Source: Gammaproteobacteria bacterium
GTDB taxonomy: Bacteria; Pseudomonadota; Gammaproteobacteria; GCA-001735895
Direction of reading: 5' to 3'
DNA length: 64,000 nucleotides
NCBI GenBank assembly: GCA_050298595.1
Contig: JBNKUM010000008.1
Span: forward strand, 1-64,000
Part shown: piece after piece, positions 19,843-29,368 of the stretch
Position numbering within the stretch: the stretch's first letter is position 1
How the letters are laid out: each line of letters starts with the position of its first letter
Notes under the pieces: model-generated
Seen by the model: only the letters and a program-made list of their open reading frames with translations
Told to the model about the DNA's origin: nothing
Databases searched by the model: none
Position numbers and translations under genes: made by a program

Positions 19843-20550
19843 ATGACAGTCATCAAATCAACAGCTGGCGCCAATCGCTTGCTCGCAGCCTTACCGTCGA
19901 AAAACCGTCAGAAGTTTGTGGCAGCTTGCACACTGGTTGATCTGGTGTTAGGCGAGATCCTGGCCGAACCCGGTGAACACATGACTCATGTTTACTTCCC
20001 TATGAGCAGTTTCATTTCTCTTGTCATGCCGATGGATAGTCACTCCAATGTGGAGGTTGGCCTGGTTGGAGATGAAGGTATGCTTGGGATTTCAATCATA
20101 CTCGGGGGCGAGGCATCACCCCTGCGTGCACTGGTACTGGGAGCAGGTTCGGTGCTACGTATGGACACTGCGATGTTCACACATGAGCTCGAACACAACC
20201 CTGCGCTACAACGCGAACTAAAGCTTTACCACTATGTAGTCATGTGCCAACTCGTGCAAACTGCTGCCTGTAGCCACTTCCATGTGGTTGAGGCGCGTCT
20301 CGCCCGATGGCTCCTGATGGCGCAGGACCGCGCGCATTCAGACAGCTTTCATATCACCCAAGAGTTCCTCGCTTACCTGCTGGGCGTACGCCGTGTCGGT
20401 ATTACCCGGGCTGCATCTTCGTTGCAAAATCAAAACATCATTCACTATCGGCGCGGCGATATCACGATTCTTGACCGCAGCGGCCTGGAAGCGGCATCTT
20501 GTGGGTGTTACGCCGCAGACATAACATCCTATACCCGAATAATGGGTTAA
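19843..20550 (+). CDS. Crp/Fnr-family transcriptional regulator
   Basis: NRLLAALP, HVYFP, RLARWLL, ITQEFLAYLLGVRRVGIT helix-turn-helix. Confidence 0.92.
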   Translation: MTVIKSTAGANRLLAALPSKNRQKFVAACTLVDLVLGEILAEPGEHMTHVYFPMSSFISLVMPMDSHSNVEVGLVGDEGMLGISIILGGEASPLRALVLGAGSVLRMDTAMFTHELEHNPALQRELKLYHYVVMCQLVQTAACSHFHVVEARLARWLLMAQDRAHSDSFHITQEFLAYLLGVRRVGITRAASSLQNQNIIHYRRGDITILDRSGLEAASCGCYAADITSYTRIMG

Positions 20551-20592
20551 ACGCAATCGCGCATCGAGCACCTCAAGGCATTCGAGCACTAA

Positions 20593-20758
20593 CAAGGAAA
20601 TGGTCATGGCCCTTTGAGAGGATCGCTTCTCCAACTACTAGATGCACGACGGAATGACCGTGCCGTACACTGGCGATGTGGCATGGATACGGCCCGAAAG
20701 ACGCAAGTCGTTCTTTATCGGTTGCGTTACTTCGCTGAGCTACGAGTTCTTGCCGTGA
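20593..20758 (+). pseudogene. C-terminal remnant of a DUF6544-like protein
   Basis: KEMVMAL*EDRFSNY*MHDGMTVPYTGDVAWIRPERRKSFFIGCVTSLSYEFLP* with two in-frame stops; family recalled from motif. Confidence 0.45.
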
Positions 20759-21299
20759 AGCCCCACGAGCAGCATCATTTGATGTACCACCACAGCTGAC
20801 TTTCGACGAGAAAAGGGGAAACGAATGCATGGAATGCATAGGAGCGTGAAAAGACACATCAACTTTAATGGTTTATGAAACAGTCGGTCACCCTCTTATG
20901 CGAGAGGTCAACTGCGGAATCCAGGTTAAAAGATACATTGCGCAATTTTTGTCGTAATCGCTAACATAGCCAGTTGCTTTCATCTTGTGATCATGTACTG
21001 GAAGATATGGGTTTCTCGCGTGAGTTACTGTTACAGGGTGTTTCAGCCTGGCCCTGGCGGGTAGATGGCGAAGTGAATGAAGCCAGGGTCTATAGCATCT
21101 TTAATGAACATGAAAAAGAAGTCCGTCAAGCCATTAGCGAACTGGAAAGATATCGTGACCGTGAACTATCTGATATTGGCATTGTCAGATGCGATATTGA
21201 GCCTATCGTACGTAATGGTCGTACTGACTCTGTTGCAGCGATCAATGATTTGGATCTGAAAGAACCTCAGCCAATAGCTGCATAAGAATTCCTCCCCTT

Positions 21300-21371
21300 A
21301 ACCCGGTTCGGAGTTCGTGGTGATAGTGCCTTAGGGGGCTATCACCACGGCATCCCAACCGGGTCTTTTTT
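21300..21371 (+). terminator. Long-stem intrinsic terminator / possible 3' RNA element
   Basis: acccggtt...aaccgggt followed by a T-run, with inner stem gtggtgatag/ctatcaccac. Confidence 0.6.
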
Positions 21372-21394
21372 GCCTGAAAGGAATGAGTAATCAA

Positions 21395-22618
21395 TCAGGC
21401 AGTAATAATATTGTGTTCAGGCCCATAGGGAAAACCGGTAATGTTTTCACTACTGTCTTCGCCAATAACAAGAATATCGTGTTCACGGTATCCACCTGCA
21501 CCTGGCAGGCCCAACGGTAACGTCAGCATTGGTTCCATCGAAACCACCATGCCCGCTGTCAGTTCCGTATCTATATCCTCACGTAATTCAAGACCGGCTT
21601 CACGTCCATAGTAATGTGATAACACACCAAATGAGTGCCCATATCCAAAGGAGCGGTATTGCAGCAAATCCAGTTCTTCGAAGTAGCGATTGATTTCTGC
21701 GCAAATACCTGAGCAGCTTGCACCCGGCTTGATTAAAGACAGACCTAATTCATGTGCACCAATATTGGCTTGCCAGATTCTGAGTGATTCAGCATCCGGC
21801 TCTCCTAAAAACAACGTACGTTCCAGTGCTGTGTAATAGCCAGAAATCATTGGAAAGGTATTCAGACTCAGTATATCGCCCATCTTCAGTTTTGCCGTAG
21901 TAACCGGATTATGCGCTCCATCGGTATTGAGACCAGACTGAAACCAGACCCAGTTATCGCGTATTTCGCTATCCGGATAAGATCGGGCTATCTCCAGTTC
22001 CATCGCATCACGCCCAGCCATGGCGATATCAATTTCACGTACACCTTCAGCGATGGCCGCATGAATAGCTTCACCGCCGATATCAGCAATACGTGCCCCG
22101 CCCTTGATCAGCTCAATCTCCTCACTCGATTTCACCATACGAAGCTTCATGATGTCAGCATTCAGGTCGATGGTTTTAACCTCCCCGAATAGACTCTTCA
22201 TGGTATCGCGAGCAACCAGTGTCATGTGGTCAGCTTCGATTCCAATATATCGAATGTTACCCAGAATAGACTTGAGAGCGCGCCAGTAATTATTGCGCTG
22301 CCAGTCGGTGTAAATGAGGTTTTCGCCGTAACTTCGACGCCAGGGCTGACCACCATCGATATTGGCCGATATGGTGACACAGCGCTGAGCTGTGACGACA
22401 CAGGCGTAGGGTCTACCGAAAGAACAATACAGAAACCCGGAGTAGTAGGCGATATTGTGCATTGATGTCAACAACATGGCTTCGACACCAGAGGCTTCCA
22501 TCAAGGCCCGTAACTTAGCAAGACGGGTTCCATATTCATGATCAGAGAAAGGAAGTTTGGCCTTGTCGCCGTTGTGTAATTCGAAAAATTCTGGACGAAC
22601 AGTTTGAGATTGAGACAT
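21395..22618 (-). CDS. Creatinase (creatine amidinohydrolase, M24 fold)
   Basis: HNGDK, FLYCSFGRPY, NTDGAHNP, GYGHSFGVLSHYYGREAGLELREDI, YREHDIL; RBS ggag before ATG 22618. Confidence 0.92.
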   Translation of the reverse strand: MSQSQTVRPEFFELHNGDKAKLPFSDHEYGTRLAKLRALMEASGVEAMLLTSMHNIAYYSGFLYCSFGRPYACVVTAQRCVTISANIDGGQPWRRSYGENLIYTDWQRNNYWRALKSILGNIRYIGIEADHMTLVARDTMKSLFGEVKTIDLNADIMKLRMVKSSEEIELIKGGARIADIGGEAIHAAIAEGVREIDIAMAGRDAMELEIARSYPDSEIRDNWVWFQSGLNTDGAHNPVTTAKLKMGDILSLNTFPMISGYYTALERTLFLGEPDAESLRIWQANIGAHELGLSLIKPGASCSGICAEINRYFEELDLLQYRSFGYGHSFGVLSHYYGREAGLELREDIDTELTAGMVVSMEPMLTLPLGLPGAGGYREHDILVIGEDSSENITGFPYGPEHNIITA

Positions 22619-22814
22619 AGTCACTCCGAAGTTATTTCCGGGTAACATATGTATGACCCGGTAAGTTTATCCGGGCGTACAGGATCAAAAATCTGCCTAA
22701 GCAGTTATCGATTTAGCTGTTTGTAAACGACGCCATCGTTTACAGCTGGGGTGATTCTAGTCACTAGTATTAATTGTGACAAGCATTATTGTGGGGTGTA
22801 CAGCGTTGAACGTA

Positions 22815-22852
22815 CGGCTCAAATTAATCACAGATGTGATTAATTTGAGCCG
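22815..22852. terminator. Perfect 17-bp hairpin overlapping the cytochrome b stop codon
   Basis: cggctcaaattaatcac-agat-gtgattaatttgagccg. Confidence 0.6.
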
Positions 22853-23457
22853 GTCTCATTTTCTATGGACTCTGAGGTTTCAACACGTACCCATTTCCAG
22901 CCGATTATCATTGCCTTGACAAGGTTCTCGCGTTTCCAGACTCGATAAAAAACAATGGCAGCCAGATGCAAGATAACGAGCACCAGCAGCACTTTAGCAG
23001 ATAAGTGGTGTATCCAGGTCATACGGTTTACCATCGCTTCACTGACATAAGCCACCAAAGGTCCCGATTCGAAAAAATCATCTGATTCAATGAATAGACC
23101 GCTAATCCCCTGCCCCAGCAAGGCAACCAGCAAGGCCAGCACTGATAAAGAACCGATAGGGTTGTGGCCGGGAGAACCGCTGGGCTCACGATGTGAAATT
23201 TTTCCAAGATAGGCAACTATATCTCTCGGGCCTGGAAACAGGGATTTCCAGCGTACAGGCCGGGGTCCAATGAATCCCCACAAGATACGAAATGCAAGCA
23301 GGCCTAATAATGTATAGCCCAGATAAAAATGCCATTCAATCGTATCGAATGACATAAACTCCCCAAAGGCCCAATTGATGATAACAATAAGCGCCAGAAC
23401 CCAGTGCCACAGACGGGTCACCGGATCCCAGATTTTTTGTAGCTTTAGTTGTGTCAC
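22840..23457 (-). CDS. Cytochrome b/b6 domain membrane protein
   Basis: WDPVTRLWHW, GHNPIG, four TM segments with heme-ligand His residues, ENLVKAMI. Confidence 0.88.
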   Translation of the reverse strand: MTQLKLQKIWDPVTRLWHWVLALIVIINWAFGEFMSFDTIEWHFYLGYTLLGLLAFRILWGFIGPRPVRWKSLFPGPRDIVAYLGKISHREPSGSPGHNPIGSLSVLALLVALLGQGISGLFIESDDFFESGPLVAYVSEAMVNRMTWIHHLSAKVLLVLVILHLAAIVFYRVWKRENLVKAMIIGWKWVRVETSESIENETGSN

Positions 23458-23469
23458 GGCTTTAGCTAA

Positions 23470-23937
23470 TTATTTTTTCTCGCGAAAATCGTCATGACAG
23501 CCCTTGCAGGATTTACCCAATGCACCAATTTTGCTTTTCAACTGGGCTTCACCCTGACCAGCTACAGCAGCCAGTTCTCGAACCGCCGTTGCATACTTTT
23601 TGCCGTACTTTCCTATTTCTGGATAGGTGGTCCAGAGTTTGGGTAGTGTGGTGGTATCATCAGGATAGTTTTCATTATCAGTTCCTTTAACCCATGAACT
23701 ACGGATATCAATATCCAGCAACTTAACCAGATTATCAGCCAGCATACTGGCCTTTGCTGCATCATATTCCATCTTCCCTTTCGCCATAGCAAACAGTGGG
23801 CCTGCAAAGTAGGCTCTTAGCTGCATCTCTCCCTGCCTTGCTTTAATCGCGCCCTTTTTGGGATCCTTGGCGGCCAGACCAGGCAGGCTCAGTGATAGAC
23901 CGATAGCAAATAAACCGACTTTTACAAATGTGTTCAT
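23470..23937 (-). CDS. Cytochrome c' / c556 (class II)
   Basis: Signal peptide, helical body, C-terminal CKGCH. Confidence 0.9.
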   Translation of the reverse strand: MNTFVKVGLFAIGLSLSLPGLAAKDPKKGAIKARQGEMQLRAYFAGPLFAMAKGKMEYDAAKASMLADNLVKLLDIDIRSSWVKGTDNENYPDDTTTLPKLWTTYPEIGKYGKKYATAVRELAAVAGQGEAQLKSKIGALGKSCKGCHDDFREKK

Positions 23938-24165
23938 AGGTGATTCTCCTTTATTATTTCAACTGAATGGGCATTATAAACTGCTCGAAATTATCAGAAT
24001 AATTCGAAATTACAACCTGTTATTAAATCTTTTTTACTTAGTTCGTAAAAGTTACTCATATCGCTTACTGTTCGATCATTAACCTGAGGTAGCAAACTTT
24101 ATTGAGTATCAAACTGGGTCAGTACATATGCAGCTCTGTTCATATTACGGTTTATACTTTAAGGC

Positions 24166-24702
24166 CTAAGGAATGCGAACATCATCCTCACTAAAGGACC
24201 CTGTTTCGGGTCTGGCGTGACAGGCCTGGCAGTTACTTAATGATTTAACCTTTGGATTTCCTTTGATGTCTTTCGCTGATAACTCATCATGCTTATTGAT
24301 GATATAAGGTGTCTTAGTAATTCGTAATGGGGTATCACTGTCTCTTAATGAACGCATGATTTTAACCGATCTTTTATATTTGGAATGGTCCGCTGCATTG
24401 GTCATTGCATATTGAGTAAGTTCCTTTAGAGTTTCAGCATCTAATTCTGCATTTTCTCCAAAGTGATCATCCAGGCTGGACATTAACTTTTCCCATGATC
24501 TAGCTGGAAGTAATCCAGGTTGATAGGGAAAATGACATCCACCGCATTCATCGATATAGGTCTGGTTGTTAACAGGAGCTACACCTGGCGACCTCTCTCC
24601 GCTAAACAGTCCACCGAAAAATCCTTCTGCATGTGTAATACCTGAAAAAGAAAATAGGATTAATCCTAAAGAGGTTAAAATAAGGATAGATTTTGATTTC
24701 AT
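24166..24702 (-). CDS. Diheme cytochrome c (DHC)
   Basis: ECGGCH, LLPARSW, HFGENAEL, PLRIT, NCQACH. Confidence 0.9.
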   Translation of the reverse strand: MKSKSILILTSLGLILFSFSGITHAEGFFGGLFSGERSPGVAPVNNQTYIDECGGCHFPYQPGLLPARSWEKLMSSLDDHFGENAELDAETLKELTQYAMTNAADHSKYKRSVKIMRSLRDSDTPLRITKTPYIINKHDELSAKDIKGNPKVKSLSNCQACHARPETGSFSEDDVRIP

Positions 24703-24861
24703 AAATTATGCTCTGATTCATTGATAGTTGAAATTTCATACCAGTATAAAGTGTAAAGCTTAATTCAATCTGAAATTTAAAAATTGACAAGCCTTGTTGT
24801 GTATCTTGTTACCTGACTACCAGAGCATATATCAAAGTATATATTTCTCGAGGAGAAAATC

Positions 24862-25041
24862 ATGAAAATACCTGAAAGAGACGGAGATGGTTATTTACTG
24901 GCAATGGATTCATGGACACCTGGAATTGGTCGCGCCATGGCTGAAGCCGATGGTATTGAACTGGATGAAATCAAGTGAGCGCAGATTTTAAAAGCCCGTG
25001 AATACTATGAAGACAATGCGGTGGTTCCACTAGTTGGGTAG
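24862..25041 (+). pseudogene. TusE/DsrC-family sulfur relay protein, truncated
   Basis: RBS aggag; MKIPERDGDGYLLAMDSWTPGIGRAMAEADGIELDEIK*AQILKAREYYEDNAVVP with TGA at the usual Trp (24976-24978); C-terminal Cys arm absent. Confidence 0.75.
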
Positions 25042-25531
25042 ATTCCATAATGGCATAGATGTGTTGCCGGGCGCGTAATAAGACCTGAAAATCACTCATC
25101 TTCACCGGCTCGAAAACCAGTGCAAGATCTGCACTCATATCGATCAGTGACTGTTCCGCTGCAGCATGATCCCTAAAGTTAATACTGAAGGTTACGTTTG
25201 GATGTTTATACCGGTAGGCTGCAGTTTGCTGTGGCAGAAAAGAGATTAATTATGACCGCGTCGAATACCTGATAAGTCGGCTATCTGACTTTTCACCCGC
25301 TCTATATCCAAAAGCTGCATGCGGATGTGATGTATGTAGATCTCACCCGCCGCCGATAATCGACCTCCAGTTGGCAGGCGTTCAAAAAATATCTGCACCC
25401 AGATCTTCTTCAATAGCCAATATTCAGCGATTTAAAGCAGATGAGGTAATCGCCAGGCTATCTGCTGCTTTGCGAATAGAACCCGCTCGAGCTACAGCAT
25501 CAACAAGTCGTAAGGTTAACAGGTTTCTCAC
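25035..25531 (-). pseudogene. LysR-family regulator, degraded
   Basis: MRNLLTLRLVDAVARAGSIRKAADSLAITSSALNR*ILAIEEDLG, then frameshift to FERLPTGGRLSAAGE. Confidence 0.8.
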
Positions 25532-25803
25532 AGGCGACCTCTAAAGCACTGCGTTTTGTGCATCAGGTTGATATAACTTAACAGCATTCCGAAACAGTGA
25601 CAATTGCTTGCATTCAAATAATTCAAGCTAATTTTGTTCTGTCACTCGGATTTAGTGATTACTTCATATCTATCCAAATTTAAGTTTGAATTAAGCTAGC
25701 GCTGGTAGCTTCAGAAGTGCCTTTTGAATGCAGGAATCGATGCAGTTGCATCTTCAGGGTAAAAGCATTTTTACTACTAACCAACTTTTAATAGGTTCTA
25801 AAC

Positions 25804-26832
25804 ATGAATAAACTAAAACTCCTGGCGATCCTTTTTTCGCTTCTTTCAGGAAATGCACTCGCCGCAGAGCAATGGCAAGCGCTACCGAAAACAGCCCCTG
25901 CTCCAGTTGACAATCCAACAACCCCCGAAAAAGTAGAACTGGGCAAGATGCTATATTTCGATCCCCGTATCTCTTCCAACGGGACCGTTTCCTGCTTTTC
26001 CTGCCACAATGTCATGGAAGGTGGTGATGATCATCGCCCCACATCCATCGGTGTACACGATCAGGCCGGCGGGCGTAACGCGCCCACCGTATGGAATGCA
26101 GCCTTCCACAGCGTACAGTTCTGGGACGGTCGAGCGGCTACACTGGAAGAGCAGGCCAAGGGGCCACCAGCCAACCCCATCGAAATGGGGATGACTGACC
26201 TTGATGCTGTTGCACAACGGATTCAGACTATTCCCGGTTACAAACCCTACTTTGACAAAGCATTCGGTAAAGGTGAAAACATCAATATCGACACCATTGC
26301 AAAGGCTATCGCGAGCTATGAGCGCACACTGATCACACCCAACACGGCGTATGACCGCTATGTACGCGGTGACAAGAAGGCTATGAATGCGCAACAGCTA
26401 CGCGGCATGCAAAAATTTGCCGATAACGGTTGCGTAGCCTGCCATAGTGGTGCCAATTTCAATGGCCCTAGCATGCCAGTTGGTGTGGGCTTCTATCAAA
26501 AGTTCCCGACCTTCACCGACAACAGTTATGTTACCCGGTATGGGCTGACCGATGACGATGGTCGCATGGCTTCTACCGGCAAAGTTGAAGATAAGAACAT
26601 GTGGCGCGTTCCGACACTTCGTAATCTAACCTACACCGCGCCGTACATGCACACAGGTAACGTCAACTCGCTGGACGAGGCTGTGCGCCTGATGGCCAAA
26701 ACCCAGCTCAACAAGTCTCTGAAAGAGCGTGATGTTGCCGACATCGTTGCGTTCCTTGGCAGTATTAGTGGCGAATTCCCACAACAGACTATGCCTCGCC
26801 TGCCGGCAACGCCGGGCGGCATGATTGACTAA
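25804..26832 (+). CDS. Di-heme cytochrome c peroxidase
   Basis: LGKMLYFDPR, CFSCH, RNAPTVWN, QFWDGRA, CVACH, VPTLRN, APYMH. Confidence 0.93.
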   Translation: MNKLKLLAILFSLLSGNALAAEQWQALPKTAPAPVDNPTTPEKVELGKMLYFDPRISSNGTVSCFSCHNVMEGGDDHRPTSIGVHDQAGGRNAPTVWNAAFHSVQFWDGRAATLEEQAKGPPANPIEMGMTDLDAVAQRIQTIPGYKPYFDKAFGKGENINIDTIAKAIASYERTLITPNTAYDRYVRGDKKAMNAQQLRGMQKFADNGCVACHSGANFNGPSMPVGVGFYQKFPTFTDNSYVTRYGLTDDDGRMASTGKVEDKNMWRVPTLRNLTYTAPYMHTGNVNSLDEAVRLMAKTQLNKSLKERDVADIVAFLGSISGEFPQQTMPRLPATPGGMID

Positions 26833-26844
26833 CAGATGGACTCA

Positions 26845-26879
26845 ACTGCTACGACCAATGCACAACTGGTCGTAGCAGT
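26845..26879 (+). terminator. Hairpin after cytochrome c peroxidase
   Basis: actgctacgacca...tggtcgtagcagt. Confidence 0.6.
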
Positions 26880-27535
26880 CCATAGCTACAGGCTATTCCA
26901 GGGCTATCATTTCCAACATGGTCAACCTCAGGCATCACTTACCCCACCAGCTATCTGGATTATTGTAAACAGCCATCCCTGAATAGAAACCGGATCTTTA
27001 GTCTGCCAGGAGACTGATTCAATAATGCGTAAATGTGATAAGGCTTTTTTATAAATTTCTACATGATGCTTTTTTGGCAGCAGGATGCTGTGTTTTTAGC
27101 AGTATTTCGAATCAGTGACAAATGTTCTAATCAGCTGAACATAAATAAACTGAATTACAATTCGCCATGTTTGAAGATTTATCATTGATCATCCGATAAT
27201 CTACTGCTCGAAGCAAATGACGCCCGATACAAAAGTGATTCTGGACTTGACTGTGTACCGCTAGAAAACGCTGCGCCTGTTCATGTGACTTGAATTGTCG
27301 CATCTGCTACTCCTGTGCACGGGTATGCTCATGCGATACTTCGGCTCGATTATTCGTATCAAGGGGTCACCCATTGATATGAGGGACGGGAAGTTAGCAT
27401 CCCCAGAGCGGAGTTGTGTTTTGCACCAATCTATATTTTTCTGTAGACTCATTCGGTACATTATTTAAGTATTTTTTTAACCCAAAAAAGATACCTTTTG
27501 TTGCGGTATTTTATTTCCATTCAGGGAGTTTAGCC

Positions 27536-29368
27536 GTGTCAGATATTCTGCATAAAACCATTGCTCGCTATGAAATTAAGGATTTGATTGGTGAAGGAGC
27601 CATGGCAAAAGTGTACCGGGCATACGACCCTGAAATTGATCGTTCGGTGGCATTTAAAGTGCTTAAAGACGATTTCTGTGTTGATGAAGAGTACCTCAGA
27701 CGTTTTCTGCGTGAAGCCAAAGCCGCCGGGGCATTATCCCATTCTAATATTGTTACCGTATTTGATGTAGGTAAGATTGATAAATCCCCTTATATGATGA
27801 TGGAGTTGCTGGAAGGGAGGGATCTTGGCGACCTGCTGAAAGAGAAAAAGCGCCTGTCCATCAAGGAAACCCTGATTATCGGTATCCAGTTAGCCAAAGC
27901 GCTTAATTACGCCCATGAAGCCGGTGTTGTACACCGGGACATCAAGCCAGACAATATTATTGTGCTGCCCGATGGGGAAAGTATCAAAGTCGCTGATTTT
28001 GGTATTGCCCGTATTAATGAAAGTGACGAGATACTGAAAACCCAGGTGGGTTCGGTGTTAGGGACGCCTCGTTATATGTCGCCTGAGCAAGCACTCGGAG
28101 AGACGGTTGATGGTCGGTCAGATCTGTTTTCGGTGGGGGTAATCCTGTATGAAATGCTTACTGGGGTGAAAGCCTTTGACGGCGCCAGTATGGGTACGTT
28201 GATGACCCAGATCACCCAGAAACAACCCCCATCCTTGCAGCAACTGTGCCCCGGCCTACCGGCCGGATTGCGCCAAACGGTGTACAAGTTATTGCAAAAA
28301 AAACCGGAGCGTCGCTTTCAAACCGGCGCTCAATTAGCCGCCGCACTGACCAAAGAACTGGCCTCGGTGCGGGAGCAGGAAGAAGAACAGCGCAAGCATA
28401 AATATGTGCCGTTAAAAGTTCGCTTGTCAATTTATATGGGGGCCATTGTAACCGTCATCTTACTTATCAGCATGATGATCGTGTTCCATATTCAGAGCCA
28501 TTCAATGACGGTACAGGTTGTAGATGCCGGTGAGTCTTTTGCCAAATTTATCGCCACGGAAACTGCGGTGCCACTGCTTAGTGAAGATTGGATTACCCTG
28601 GAAGCCTTTATCAATGAAGCCGGCAACCGGGAGACTTTCAGTTATCTGGTCGTGACTGATCGTAACGGTATTGTCCGTGGTGCCAGCAATAAGTCGCTGG
28701 TGGGAAAACCATACAAGCCAGAGAATGAAGGCCAGCTCATCGCCAACAATGATAGCGTGCGTACCACCAGTTTGATCCTGGATAATGGGCAGAAGGTATT
28801 TAATATCCGTGCACCAGTGTTGTTTCAAAATACCGAAGTAGGCCAGATTGTCGTTGGACTATCGCAGAACAGTCTCGATCAGGTGAAAAGCGTTACCAGT
28901 TGGCTGATGTTTGCCCTCGGATTAGTGACGGTGTCATCGGTAGTGCTGGTGTTGTTTATTTTTGGTGGGTTGATTGCAAAACCGCTGAAAGCCTTGAATA
29001 CCGCGATGAAGGGCGTGATGGATGGAAACTGGGATACCCGTATCTCATTATCCCGGGATGATGAGATTGGCCAACTCTTTCTGACATTCAATAAAATGGC
29101 CAATGTGGTACAAAAGCACAACCTGGCTGAACCCCCGCCTCGGGCTCCCAATGCAGACCAATCTGCGACTAAACCGTTACGGGTGAACAAACGTCCGGTG
29201 GCGAAACGCAAAAAAAAGACCGCTGGCAGAGATGTCGATGTTAATGGCTATGACCAAACCATTATTGCTGCTACTGTAATTAAAAGTGGACCAGCAGATG
29301 TGGATGAAAGTCAGGACGAAACCATTATTGCACTCTCTTCAATTGCAGCGAAGTCCAGTAATGACTAA
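27536..29368 (+). CDS. Hanks-type Ser/Thr kinase with TM-periplasmic sensor-TM-HAMP module
   Basis: IGEGAMAKVY, VAFK, HRDIKPDN, DFGIA, GTPRYMSPE; two TM segments; HAMP (DEIGQLFLTFNKM); GTG start after gggag. Confidence 0.92.
   Translation: MSDILHKTIARYEIKDLIGEGAMAKVYRAYDPEIDRSVAFKVLKDDFCVDEEYLRRFLREAKAAGALSHSNIVTVFDVGKIDKSPYMMMELLEGRDLGDLLKEKKRLSIKETLIIGIQLAKALNYAHEAGVVHRDIKPDNIIVLPDGESIKVADFGIARINESDEILKTQVGSVLGTPRYMSPEQALGETVDGRSDLFSVGVILYEMLTGVKAFDGASMGTLMTQITQKQPPSLQQLCPGLPAGLRQTVYKLLQKKPERRFQTGAQLAAALTKELASVREQEEEQRKHKYVPLKVRLSIYMGAIVTVILLISMMIVFHIQSHSMTVQVVDAGESFAKFIATETAVPLLSEDWITLEAFINEAGNRETFSYLVVTDRNGIVRGASNKSLVGKPYKPENEGQLIANNDSVRTTSLILDNGQKVFNIRAPVLFQNTEVGQIVVGLSQNSLDQVKSVTSWLMFALGLVTVSSVVLVLFIFGGLIAKPLKALNTAMKGVMDGNWDTRISLSRDDEIGQLFLTFNKMANVVQKHNLAEPPPRAPNADQSATKPLRVNKRPVAKRKKKTAGRDVDVNGYDQTIIAATVIKSGPADVDESQDETIIALSSIAAKSSND

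Larger units (their letters stand above)
18301..20925. mobile_element. Non-autonomous cargo unit with IS1380-like ends
   Basis: Left end cctgaatccgcagttga, right end tcaactgcggaatccagg, flanked by the direct repeat TTAAA (18296-18300 and 20926-20930). Confidence 0.7.
18278..21285 (+). pseudogene. DUF1127-like gene split by a 2.6-kb insertion (pieces 18278-18300 and 20931-21285)
   Basis: Removing 18301-20930 gives in-frame MIDGSPLKDTLRNFCRNR*HSQLLSSCDHVLEDMGFSRELL...DRELSDIGIVRCDI, with an extra in-frame TAA. Confidence 0.7.

Noticed and set aside
22620-22750. Guanidine-class riboswitch before creatinase
   Set aside because: Hairpins are present but I cannot match the conserved nucleotides of any guanidine riboswitch class.
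24976-24978. Selenocysteine or genetic-code reassignment of TGA
   Set aside because: The codon aligns with a Trp position in a truncated gene, other pseudogenes also carry TAG/TAA stops and frameshifts, and intact genes such as flgA and flgM end in TGA.
26880-27530. Hidden gene upstream of the kinase
   Set aside because: No frame gave a recognisable protein. The 27416 extension of the kinase ORF is less plausible than GTG 27536, which has an RBS.
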